A DNA stretch of 30,216 nt from positions 1 to 30,216 of IMG/VR virus record IMGVR_UViG_3300038461_000310. One strand, 5' to 3'. The DNA comes from a virus. Its lineage: Duplodnaviria > Caudoviricetes. Positions 9,373-17,757 of the stretch are shown here, one piece after another; positions within the stretch are counted from its first letter, which is position 1; the number at the start of each line of letters is the position of its first letter. The notes beneath the pieces are model-generated. The model made no database searches and was not told the origin of the DNA. It saw only the letters and a program-made list of their open reading frames with translations. Both the position numbers and the translations under genes were made by a program.

Positions 9373-10788
9373 TCAGGGGCTATAAAAAGTAATGGTTTTA
9401 TCCTCTTCTTTTTCATATTGGCAACCCCGGATTATCTCGGAGGCGGTTCCCACGACCGGAATGGTACAGCCGGGGGAGAACTCAGGAATGTTAATCAGCA
9501 ATGGATACCAGGGGGTTTTATAAAGAATCCCCTTCCAGATGCAGCCATACATGATTGCCCGATCGAGCCAATCAACGTCAGGCCCCAGACCCCTTTGAAG
9601 GCTGAATACATAGAAGGGCTTCCACTGAGAAGCACCTTTGGGAAATCCATAAACCCCCCCATCCCCGAAATCCATCGGATAAAGAGAAAAGTCCGCTGCC
9701 GTCCCGGGATACTGCGCCGTGCTGTAAAAAGTCCACCGTCCGTCCTGGTTCCAGAGATAAAAAATTTTATCTTGTTGAGCTTCGGGAACGGAATGGTTTC
9801 CCGAGTCATCCAAATAGGTGTTGACCCCCCTGGCGCACGCCGTGGCGTATTCGGCCAGGAAGAGTTCCGGCCGAGTCGGGCAGGCAAACCCCTTCCCGTC
9901 CAGAAAGTTTCCGGAGTAGGTATCCTCGATGCCCGTTATCTTGTCAATGAAATACCAGGTTTCTGAACTCGGCCACCATTCCCAATATCCCTTCCCATAG
10001 CTTTTGGCATAATGGTAATAAACTGACTGCAGGAGAACCCTATCGCCGGGGTAATTCGTTCCGCCCCCCGCTATGTCCTGAAAAAGCGCCCAATTATAAG
10101 TGGTCGTCGCCGTGGTCGAATGTTCCGTCCACGTTCCCGGGGGAGGGATATTTCCATCGCCAACGGTGTGCGCCGGATGAAAAAGTCTTCCCGTGGGGGG
10201 AACCCATATCTCTTCGCCTTCCTGCGTGATGGGGTCTCCGATCTGTTTAGCGTTAATCGCTGAGACGCTATCCAGGATCAGTTCTTTGGCCGTGTATTGA
10301 GTGTTCCCCTGCATCCAAACCGAGCTGATAGGGGACGTCTGATCATTTTCTGGTTTAACCTTACTGAAGTGTTGCACATCACAGAGAGACTTGCCCGACT
10401 CATCCTTAAAAATCTTCCCGTCGATATCCCAACCGAGATTCCCGGTTTTGAGATCAACCACCCAGATTGCGGGAATGGGGAGGAGCTCATTCCACCCCTG
10501 GAGATGGGGTACTTCTCCGGGGCTTGGAGGAGGAGCCACGGGCACCTGGATCAATATTCTCGGGTTGTCCGGGTCCAGCTTGTCCAGATAAATTTGAGTT
10601 CCATCGGGCAGGAGCAGAGCCTTCCTGGGGCCTTGCATATTGATGAGCTTCCGCACAGACCACCCAAGATGAGCAAGAGCCTCTTCTGAAGGCTCTCCCG
10701 CGGAATCGATGGCTCTAAATCGAAGCCTTTCGTGGATGTCTTCTCTGTGTGGATCCCTTACCCAGGGATCATCATCTTTGGAAGCCAT
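9373..10788 (-). CDS. Putative tail-associated virion protein, 471 aa
   Basis: Starts immediately after the upstream stop; aromatic/beta-rich C-terminal part; located in the tail module. Confidence 0.55.
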   Translation of the reverse strand: MASKDDDPWVRDPHREDIHERLRFRAIDSAGEPSEEALAHLGWSVRKLINMQGPRKALLLPDGTQIYLDKLDPDNPRILIQVPVAPPPSPGEVPHLQGWNELLPIPAIWVVDLKTGNLGWDIDGKIFKDESGKSLCDVQHFSKVKPENDQTSPISSVWMQGNTQYTAKELILDSVSAINAKQIGDPITQEGEEIWVPPTGRLFHPAHTVGDGNIPPPGTWTEHSTTATTTYNWALFQDIAGGGTNYPGDRVLLQSVYYHYAKSYGKGYWEWWPSSETWYFIDKITGIEDTYSGNFLDGKGFACPTRPELFLAEYATACARGVNTYLDDSGNHSVPEAQQDKIFYLWNQDGRWTFYSTAQYPGTAADFSLYPMDFGDGGVYGFPKGASQWKPFYVFSLQRGLGPDVDWLDRAIMYGCIWKGILYKTPWYPLLINIPEFSPGCTIPVVGTASEIIRGCQYEKEEDKTITFYSP

Positions 10789-11640
10789 CTATCCCCTTGC
10801 TCTCCTGGAAAGAATGTCCACTTCCATCGAAACCTGCGTGAGGGCCAGGTCCGACCCCTTCAGGTTTTTGATGTTGAAGCCCAGATACCTCCCCACCAGC
10901 CCCTTGCCGGGCTCGACCTTGTAGGTCCGGAGCGCCGTTGAGGCGGAGTTGTTTTCGAGGTAGAGCTGTGATTGCTGATCCACTATGACCTTGATCGAGA
11001 AATCCCCGTCGGAGTAAAGGTTCAGAAATATTCCCACGGGACGTTTTTCCTGCCCCGAATTGAAGCCCATGCCGGTCTTTTCGATCTCCAGGTTGATTTC
11101 TTCGCCGTTGTCATCGTTCCCGTAGAGCTGATGAATACCGTTTGCATCGGCCCCCAGGTAGACATCCCCCATGGCGCAATAGGAATTGAAATTGAAATTC
11201 TCGTACTCGCTCATGGCAAAATTCAGGATGTTCATGACGGCGACATAATCGACGGCAAATTGAACCTGCCCGCTCGCCTCCATAATGAAGAAGGGGAAGG
11301 ACAGTTCGGCAGTCCCCGCGCTTTCATCGGCATAAAGCGTGAAGAAGGGAAGGGTGAGGGCTGCCGTCCCCACCCCTCCCTTGATGCCCGTAGCGGAAAG
11401 CTCGAAATATTGAGTTGCTCCCGCGAGAACTCCAGCATTGCCAACGAGACCTGTCGCGCTCAATGCGAAGGTGATGTCCGCCTTGAAATCCCCGGAACTA
11501 CGCTGCTCTCCTTCGCCATCCATAAGGAAATACGGAAAGCTCCCCGAGAAGTCGCCATTGTTGCTGTCCCCGGTCCCCTCTCCGTCGAGGGTGAGCTGAT
11601 AAAGCGAACCCGCGAAGGTCCCGCTGTAAGTGGTAGCCAT
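10789..11640 (-). CDS. Virion structural protein with ~6 N-terminal beta-repeats, 283 aa
   Basis: AGGAGG RBS; ~21-aa repeats (GDFSGSFPYFLMDGEG, GTAALTLPFFTLYA, GTAELSFPFFIMEASG); C-terminal domain 'AMSEYENFNFNSY...LYGNDDNG...GKGLVGRYL'. Confidence 0.65.
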   Translation of the reverse strand: MATTYSGTFAGSLYQLTLDGEGTGDSNNGDFSGSFPYFLMDGEGEQRSSGDFKADITFALSATGLVGNAGVLAGATQYFELSATGIKGGVGTAALTLPFFTLYADESAGTAELSFPFFIMEASGQVQFAVDYVAVMNILNFAMSEYENFNFNSYCAMGDVYLGADANGIHQLYGNDDNGEEINLEIEKTGMGFNSGQEKRPVGIFLNLYSDGDFSIKVIVDQQSQLYLENNSASTALRTYKVEPGKGLVGRYLGFNIKNLKGSDLALTQVSMEVDILSRRARG

Positions 11641-11652
11641 GGGAGCTCCTCC

Positions 11653-12504
11653 TTACGCTGTCGGAATGGTGATGGTGAATGACGTGAGGACCTGGATCGA
11701 ACCCAAGGCCCAGCTCACGCCGGTAGCGAAGTTGAATTCCGCGCCCGAGGTTGCCACGGCTCCATCGACCCGTTCATCGGTCGAGTTCGTGGTCCCGAGG
11801 TCTCCGGCCGATCGCAGCCGTCCCCACCCCGCGGTCCCGGCGTTTCCACAGGTCCCGCTCCAGGTCTCCGTGCTCGCTTTGGAAATAACCCCGCCGGTGG
11901 CATCGTCAAAGGTGACTCCCGCGCTGGCATTTGAGATTGTCGCCAGGAGGGTCCCCGAAGGAGCCGTGTTGGCAGAGGCGGGCTGGATGCCGGTGTAGAT
12001 GTCAACGAACCCCAGGTTGAAAATCTGCTGCAGGGTGTGGGCGTAATCGACCAGAGAAACCGAGTCGAAGAAGGAGGTCTCCGCCGCGGTCGCATCGGTG
12101 CTCTGAAGCGTGATCCGGGTGGTCGTCGCCGTGGCGATAAAATAGACCGTGTACTTCGCCCAGGCCGCGTCCGCGATGGTTCCGGAAGAGTAAATGGAAT
12201 TGTAGCTTCCCGTTGTCCCGATGAAGAAGGCCCCCGCGTCTGCCGTCCCCTTCTTGAAATAGAGGACGAGCTTGTAAAGCCTTCCGATGATCGTTGTGAC
12301 ATCCTGGTAGGCCTGCCCCGGATTGGAGCTTCCGGTTTCCGCGATGGATAGGCAGTTTCCCGACTGCCCTGATCCGGCGCTGGACAGGGTGGCATTGGAG
12401 GCCGTCCACCCCGTGTAGTCGGTCGTAAACCCACCGTTGGTGATCATCTCCGTGTTGATGCCCAGCATTTTGTTCCTGATCCCGGTGCTCAAACGAATAG
12501 CCAT
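11653..12504 (-). CDS. Virion structural protein with an inserted carbohydrate-binding (CBM4/9-like) domain, 283 aa
   Basis: AGGAGG RBS. 'MAIRLSTGIRNKML' and 'IYTGIQPASANTAPSGTLLATI' resemble a small phage virion family; they are separated by a 'MITNGGF...GWT...FFDSVSL' galactose-binding-like signature. Confidence 0.65.
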   Translation of the reverse strand: MAIRLSTGIRNKMLGINTEMITNGGFTTDYTGWTASNATLSSAGSGQSGNCLSIAETGSSNPGQAYQDVTTIIGRLYKLVLYFKKGTADAGAFFIGTTGSYNSIYSSGTIADAAWAKYTVYFIATATTTRITLQSTDATAAETSFFDSVSLVDYAHTLQQIFNLGFVDIYTGIQPASANTAPSGTLLATISNASAGVTFDDATGGVISKASTETWSGTCGNAGTAGWGRLRSAGDLGTTNSTDERVDGAVATSGAEFNFATGVSWALGSIQVLTSFTITIPTA

Positions 12505-12522
12505 TTTACTACCTCCTTTTTA

Positions 12523-13812
12523 TTATGATGAGCTCGAAGAGCTGCTACTGGATGAACTGGAACGGCTTGAACTGGAGGAGCTGGACGAGCTCCCCCCTGA
12601 CTGCTTCAAGCCAATGATCAGCTGGTTAAGACCCATCTCCTCCCTCAAAAGAGCCGTCCCGGACACAGACTCCGGGGGCATCCATTTACTCCAGGTCAGA
12701 TTTTGCAGATGGCCGCCGTCGAGTCCCATGTGAACCCCGTCGCTCGCCAGCCACATATACCCCCAGATCTTTTCCTGTCCTTGCGAGAGGTCGATGATGG
12801 TCTGCGTCCCCTCGATCGCCCCCCAGATCGTTTTGACGATCCTCTTGCTCGGCTTATCGGGGTCCTCCATCTGCCAGAAGATCGTTTCCTTCTTTGTGGA
12901 AATCCATATCCCGTCCCGCACGGGAGCCAGAAGGGTAATCCGGCCATCGAAGGGGATGTAGTTGTGAGCCAGGTTCGTCAGCTCGTAGGAGTAGGGCTCC
13001 GTGTACCAGAGGACATCGTTCGAGGCGATGTAGATCCTGCCGTTGTAATACTTGATGATATGGCCGGGACCGGGAGGATTCAGGAATTGAGTGATCAGCG
13101 GTACGTTGAACGACTTCGTATCTCCTCCGTAAATAGCTTCAGTGGTGCCGTTGGGAACGCTCATTGCGCGGTAGAGCCTCTCGCCATTGGGCGTGGAAAG
13201 GTAGATGTTCACCCAAGCAACCAAAGGATCGGGGGATGGCTGGATTCCCGTGATGTAAACCCCTCCCCTGGTTGTGAGGGTGATCTGTACCGACCCCAGG
13301 GCACCGCTTTCCTGCCCGTCCGTTTTCATGTAGGTCATCGCGCACCGGTAAATACCTGGCGGCATGGAGCCAGATACTCGCGCAATCAAGGGTTGGGGAG
13401 GAGTGCCAACCCCCCAGCCCCATGCCGTCAGGCCGTCGGTAATACCGGTGATCAGTTCATCCGAAAAATATATTTTGTCGAAAATCTTCTCGAAGGCCAT
13501 TCTCTGATTAAGAGCCAGATCTCCCCGGAGCGTGGTAGCGGACATATCCGGATTCAGTCTCCGGAGATCTCTGTCTTCCCGGAAGAGGACCGGGCCCTTG
13601 TCGCTCCAGAGTGAATGAACATTCCCGGAGTAAATACTCTTGTATCCCTTCCGCCTTCGGGCATCCAGGTTCCGGTCGATGTCGATGTTCATGGCTTTCT
13701 GCAGCTCTCCCGGCTTGCAGCTCTCCGGCCGGTCCAGGATATTCAGGCCGGTGAAATCGTCGATGTTCTGCTCGCTGGTGCTCTTCGGCTTCAATTTTTT
13801 AACGTAGGCCAT
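12523..13812 (-). CDS. Putative tail nozzle / tail tubular protein with C-terminal poly-Ser tail, 429 aa
   Basis: Start revised to ATG 13812 (GGAGG RBS, TAATG overlap with upstream gene). 'FTGLN...AMNIDID...RRRKGY' and 'YNGRIYIA...LWYTEP' beta-propeller-like motifs. Last 22 aa are nearly all Ser. Confidence 0.65.
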   Translation of the reverse strand: MAYVKKLKPKSTSEQNIDDFTGLNILDRPESCKPGELQKAMNIDIDRNLDARRRKGYKSIYSGNVHSLWSDKGPVLFREDRDLRRLNPDMSATTLRGDLALNQRMAFEKIFDKIYFSDELITGITDGLTAWGWGVGTPPQPLIARVSGSMPPGIYRCAMTYMKTDGQESGALGSVQITLTTRGGVYITGIQPSPDPLVAWVNIYLSTPNGERLYRAMSVPNGTTEAIYGGDTKSFNVPLITQFLNPPGPGHIIKYYNGRIYIASNDVLWYTEPYSYELTNLAHNYIPFDGRITLLAPVRDGIWISTKKETIFWQMEDPDKPSKRIVKTIWGAIEGTQTIIDLSQGQEKIWGYMWLASDGVHMGLDGGHLQNLTWSKWMPPESVSGTALLREEMGLNQLIIGLKQSGGSSSSSSSSSRSSSSSSSSSSSS

Positions 13813-14147
13813 TAAATCCCCTCCTCCCTCACCTGGACCAGGACATCCCATTCCCTTTCGTAGTTCGGCAGCCCGGTCTTCGCAAAAATAACCCTTCCTT
13901 TCAAAAAGTAATCCAGGCCGTCCGTTCCCCCCTTCACCGTGACCTTCAGGAATTGGGAATCGTTCGTGGGAGATCCCTCGATCATGGTGGAGGACCGATC
14001 AACGCCCTCCGAATCCACCATGGAGAAGCTATAAGAACTCAGGGCGTAGCCGGCATAGGTCGGGTTATTTACAAGCCAGTCGTACCGGAAGCGAAGGGTT
14101 TTTTGGTCTGCCGGAGCCTTGGTATAGGGTACTTCATTCCAGGTCAT
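13812..14147 (-). CDS. Putative fiber-tail adaptor protein, 111 aa
   Basis: GGAGG RBS; 'KAPADQKTLRFRYDW...VTVKGGTDGLDY' resembles small Ig-like phage adaptor proteins. Confidence 0.55.
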   Translation of the reverse strand: MTWNEVPYTKAPADQKTLRFRYDWLVNNPTYAGYALSSYSFSMVDSEGVDRSSTMIEGSPTNDSQFLKVTVKGGTDGLDYFLKGRVIFAKTGLPNYEREWDVLVQVREEGI

Positions 14148-14159
14148 GATCAGCCTCCG

Positions 14160-14549
14160 TCAATTTTTCCTGAGAGGGCCAATGGGCGCAATCGGCCTGA
14201 ACTCTACTTTCCATGCCCCTGCTGTTGTCCCGTCTGAAAGCACAGAGCATGTTGAATCCGTGGATAAACAGTAATCGCTGGTCGTAGTGTCTGCCAGGAC
14301 CGCTCTCACTTTTATGGTGAATCTCCCCGATCTCGGTCTGGGAATGACCAACTGCGTGTTCGAAGTCCCATAGGTATAGGTTTCTCCGGTATCCCGAACC
14401 AGGGTCACTTCATAGTGATCTATCGTATAGGAAACGGCATCCCAAGCGACCTGTGTTGTTCCCGGGGTGGCAACATAATTCACCTGCCCAAATAGAAAGC
14501 CTGGTAGGCTCGCCAGGATGAACACCAATATTCCCAAGTATTTTCTCAT
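14160..14549 (-). CDS. Fibronectin type III-like protein with N-terminal signal peptide, 129 aa
   Basis: MRKYLGILVFILASLPGFLFG hydrophobic leader; 'VAWDAV...HYEV...FTIKVRAV' FN3 pattern. Confidence 0.65.
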   Translation of the reverse strand: MRKYLGILVFILASLPGFLFGQVNYVATPGTTQVAWDAVSYTIDHYEVTLVRDTGETYTYGTSNTQLVIPRPRSGRFTIKVRAVLADTTTSDYCLSTDSTCSVLSDGTTAGAWKVEFRPIAPIGPLRKN

Positions 14550-14557
14550 GCCTGCCC

Positions 14558-17179
14558 TCAGAAAGTCAAAGAACCCGTGGTTAAGAGCGATTCTACGCCG
14601 GTATCATCCACGCTGGTCACGGCAAAGTTGATTGTTCCGATCAGCGCGGGAGTGTGGGCCAGGGGGATCGTGCATTGAGTGACGATGCCGAGCTGGTCAT
14701 ACGGCGTATCATAGTCCGGAACGTCCGGGTCCGCAAGCGCCCGCACCCGGACGGCCACGATGTCAAGGTCGTCTTCGGGAAGATCCCATGAAAGGGTATA
14801 CGTTAAAGTCGAAGCGGAAGAGCTTGAGCTGGAGCTCGAATACGAAGACGAAGAACTTGAGCTTGAAGATGAAAAGCTGGATGAGCTTGAACTCGATGAA
14901 GAGTTGGATTGCGAAGAAGAGCTCAAGGACATGGATGAGCTGGATAGTGAAGAGGAGCTCAAGGACAGGCTCGAAGAGCTGGAGCTAGAAACGGACGAGC
15001 TCGATGAACTCGACACGCTGGAACTCGAAGACGAGGATACGGATGACGAACTGGAAGAGCTGAAAGAGCTGGACTGAGATGATGAGCTCGAAGAGCTGAA
15101 CGATCCGGAGCTTGAACTGGAACTGGAAAACGAATAATTCGCGTAGAGCTGGAAATACGGGAACGAAACATTGAAGGTCCCGAACCTTCTTTTCTTTATG
15201 GGGGGATCCGGTAATGGAAGCTCAAACTCATAGAATTTCTTCCACTCCTCCGCCCGTGCGGATGGAACGTGGTTCACCCCGGCGATAAAGTCTTCGACCT
15301 GATCGGGGATATGGGGGATGTGAAAATCAACCTGGGATGAGGACCAGGAAGATGAAGAAGAGCTGCTCGAACTCCATGAAGACGACGAAGAGGATGAGGA
15401 CATCGAGGAGCTGCTACTCGAACTCGAAGAAAAAGACTGAGACGAGGAGCTGGAGGACGAACTCGAAAAGGAGGAGCTACTGCTCGAAAAGCTCGAACTC
15501 GAAGACGAGAACGACGAGCTTGAGCTTGAAGATGAGCTGGACAGCGAGGAACTGGAACTCGATGAAGACCTTGAGGATGAAGACGATCTGGACGAACTCG
15601 AAAACGAAGATGAGCTGAAACTCGAAGACGAGGAAAGGCTGGATGAGCTAGAGCTCGATGAAGACGAACGGCTGGAAGAAGAACTGGAAGATGAACTTGA
15701 TACCGATGAACTGGAGGACCGCGATGAAGACGAAGAGCTGAAACTTGAACTGGAAAAAGAGGATGAAGACGAGCTTGAGAAGGAAGACGAACTCGACCGT
15801 GAACTGGAAGAAAAGCTCGAACTGGAAAAAGAGGATGACGAACTGGATAGGCTTGAGGATGATGAACTGGACGAAGCCCCGGCTTCATAGAGGGCCGCGA
15901 TATCGGCATCCGATAGAATCCGGTTGTAAATGCGGACTTCATCGAGATCCCCGCGGGGAGCGCGGGCGATGGTGTAGTCATTACCTATCCTGAAGGTTGA
16001 GGTATTTCCAGATACCGATCCGGAGCCAATGGTGTCGCCGTCCAGGGCGGTGAGCAGAACGCCATCCGCATATAATTTGCAGACGCCGGTATCATAGGAA
16101 TAGGCCAGGGCAAAATGGTGCCAGCCGGTGCTCAGATTCCCCAGGCTTTTGTAATGATCCCCATATACCGCGCTCCACCGGTCGAAATCCCCGACAAGAT
16201 AAACCGGACCCCCATTATAGGTGCTCAAATACATCCGGTCGCCAGCCGTGCCCGCGCCGCTCTGACCCTTGGACATAAGCATTTGGATGGCGGTATCTCC
16301 CTGAGAGAGGAGATGGAACCAGCAGGCGAAAGTCATGTAGGTCAGGTTGTCGATCGCCGCATAGTGGGGAACGCCGAGGTTGTCGGTTGTCCCCAGATCC
16401 ATCCTTACGGCGTTGCCAACCTTCCCCGTGACGGATTTATTCGTTGCTCCTTCATTCGAGGAGAAATTCGCGGTATTACCGTTTCCCAGACCGTCCGCCA
16501 GGGTAGCGCCATTGTTGGCCGGGCTGTCATCCAGGGGCCAGTAGCCGACGAGGCCCGTGGTGTAATCCGGGGGGCCGGTACTCGATGAGCTTGAAGATGA
16601 GAACGAGGAGGAAGAAGAACTCGACTTCGATGAACTGGAGGATGAAGCGGAAGAAACGCTTGAACTGCTTGAGCTGGAAGAGCTCGGGGCCTCGGTGTTG
16701 ACCTCTATGGCATCGATTACCCGATGGTAGCAGGGGGAATATCCGTCGGGCTGGGGATAAACCAAAGTGTCGTCATCCGAGGTCTGTTTGATGGACGCCG
16801 TACCAGAGAAGGCGTAACTCCATCCCACTTTCGCTGGATTGAGAAAAGCGAAGTGAAAAGAATATCCCTTTGTCATATCAAAAACAAAAGGAATCCAGTC
16901 TGACCACTTATCAACGCCGGCGGAAACGGAGAACCCCGGGTTGCCGCCGTCGAAGGTAATGCGCGTGGGTGTGGCCGCAAAGTCCGGGGCGGTCCCCGTT
17001 TCTCCTATCGATGCGCCGCTGACCTCTACGGCAGTGAACGGTTCGGCCGGGAAGTGAACGCGAATTTGCAGTCCGCTGTATGCGAAGTCGGCGGGGTACA
17101 GACAGTTCCTAATATTATAGGGATTGGCTTGCTCCGTCTGGGCGGGAAGAGTGGTTGACCATGTGGTTTGGATGGACAC
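14558..17179 (-). CDS. Poly-serine virion appendage/fiber protein with LamG (ConA-like) domain and C-terminal FN3-like domain, 873 aa
   Basis: LamG signatures 'GLVGYWPLDD', 'GKVGNA', 'WHHFALAY', 'GDLDEVRIYNRILSDADIAALY'; Ser tracts of ~35, ~180 and ~108 aa; AAGGA RBS. Confidence 0.8.
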   Translation of the reverse strand: MSIQTTWSTTLPAQTEQANPYNIRNCLYPADFAYSGLQIRVHFPAEPFTAVEVSGASIGETGTAPDFAATPTRITFDGGNPGFSVSAGVDKWSDWIPFVFDMTKGYSFHFAFLNPAKVGWSYAFSGTASIKQTSDDDTLVYPQPDGYSPCYHRVIDAIEVNTEAPSSSSSSSSSVSSASSSSSSKSSSSSSSFSSSSSSSTGPPDYTTGLVGYWPLDDSPANNGATLADGLGNGNTANFSSNEGATNKSVTGKVGNAVRMDLGTTDNLGVPHYAAIDNLTYMTFACWFHLLSQGDTAIQMLMSKGQSGAGTAGDRMYLSTYNGGPVYLVGDFDRWSAVYGDHYKSLGNLSTGWHHFALAYSYDTGVCKLYADGVLLTALDGDTIGSGSVSGNTSTFRIGNDYTIARAPRGDLDEVRIYNRILSDADIAALYEAGASSSSSSSSLSSSSSSFSSSSFSSSSRSSSSSFSSSSSSSFSSSSFSSSSSSRSSSSSVSSSSSSSSSSRSSSSSSSSSSLSSSSSFSSSSFSSSSRSSSSSRSSSSSSSSLSSSSSSSSSSFSSSSSSFSSSSSSFSSSSSSSSSQSFSSSSSSSSSMSSSSSSSSWSSSSSSSSSWSSSQVDFHIPHIPDQVEDFIAGVNHVPSARAEEWKKFYEFELPLPDPPIKKRRFGTFNVSFPYFQLYANYSFSSSSSSSGSFSSSSSSSQSSSFSSSSSSSVSSSSSSSVSSSSSSSVSSSSSSSLSLSSSSLSSSSMSLSSSSQSNSSSSSSSSSFSSSSSSSSSSYSSSSSSSSASTLTYTLSWDLPEDDLDIVAVRVRALADPDVPDYDTPYDQLGIVTQCTIPLAHTPALIGTINFAVTSVDDTGVESLLTTGSLTF
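14810..15133 (-). repeat. Poly-Ser coding tract 3 (~108 codons)
   Basis: Mixed TCN/AGY codons with isolated F/V/L/M/Q/Y interruptions. Confidence 0.9.
15335..15874 (-). repeat. Poly-Ser coding tract 2 (~180 codons)
   Basis: Mixed TCN/AGY codons with isolated F/R/L/V/W/M interruptions. Confidence 0.9.
16580..16684 (-). repeat. Poly-Ser coding tract 1 (~35 codons)
   Basis: Linker between the N-terminal beta domain and LamG. Confidence 0.85.
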
Positions 17180-17192
17180 GAGATTTCCTTAA

Positions 17193-17354
17193 TTATTCTT
17201 TATTCTCTTCGCCGGATGATCCATTTTCTTTCTTCACGGCGGTTGCCACTCGGACCCCCCACGGGTAACTGGACATCAATGGACTCCGGCGCATTTCTTT
17301 TTCCTCAACTAATTTTCTGACAAGCTCTTTTAGAAGATGATTCTGATCAATCAA
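17193..17354 (-). CDS. Small hypothetical protein (~53 aa, TTG start)
   Basis: TTGA overlap with the stop of 17351..17740; fills the gap before the poly-Ser gene; 3' part of the 169-aa track ORF. Confidence 0.35.
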   Translation of the reverse strand: MIDQNHLLKELVRKLVEEKEMRRSPLMSSYPWGVRVATAVKKENGSSGEENKE

Positions 17355-17740
17355 GTCTTTCTCGTATTCTGATCGCTGGTGTGCGGAGACCCAGCATCCG
17401 GAGTCGTCTGAATATCCAGGAGAAACAGAATCTCCATTTCCAGAGGACGGTATTCCTCTTTTGCCAGATTCCTGAGCTTCGTTAAAAGATCCTGATACTC
17501 GGAGAAGTCTAGGGTTATCAGCCCTTCTTGGGGTGGAATCGCTCCCTTCCTTGGTTTTCGGGGCTTTGTTTTCCGGGGCTCCTGGCTCCGGGAGCCTCGC
17601 ACCCTGGTCATCAGGGCGCTGGAGCACTCCTGGCAGAGTCCTCGGCTTGCCCCATCTGTCCGGATAAGGGCGGGCTTGTCGGGGTGGTTTTTGCATCTCC
17701 AACCTCCTTCCGGGGGATTGTTTTTCCTTGAGGCTCTCAT
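17351..17740 (-). CDS. Hypothetical protein with CxxH...CxxC putative zinc finger, 129 aa
   Basis: Purine-rich RBS (GAGGAAGGGA); 'CKNHPDK...GLCQEC', basic linker and helical C-terminus. Confidence 0.6.
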   Translation of the reverse strand: MRASRKNNPPEGGWRCKNHPDKPALIRTDGASRGLCQECSSALMTRVRGSRSQEPRKTKPRKPRKGAIPPQEGLITLDFSEYQDLLTKLRNLAKEEYRPLEMEILFLLDIQTTPDAGSPHTSDQNTRKT

Positions 17741-17757
17741 TCCCTTCCTCTCTTCCT

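Noticed and set aside
12703-13614. 303-aa plus-strand ORF (likewise 9358-9966, 10972-11682, 21824-22768, 25272-25964)
   Set aside because: These are antisense shadows of well-supported minus-strand genes.
14810-15874. Possible CRISPR array or tandem DNA repeat
   Set aside because: There is no fixed repeat-spacer unit; the repetitiveness comes from Ser codons.
14760-15993. Plus-strand Glu/Leu/Asp-rich or Lys/Ser/Thr-rich ORFs
   Set aside because: These are antisense shadows of the poly-Ser codons.
17355-17702. 169-aa alternative-frame ORF
   Set aside because: It overlaps the better-supported 129-aa zinc-finger ORF; only its 3' part is retained as a possible small gene.
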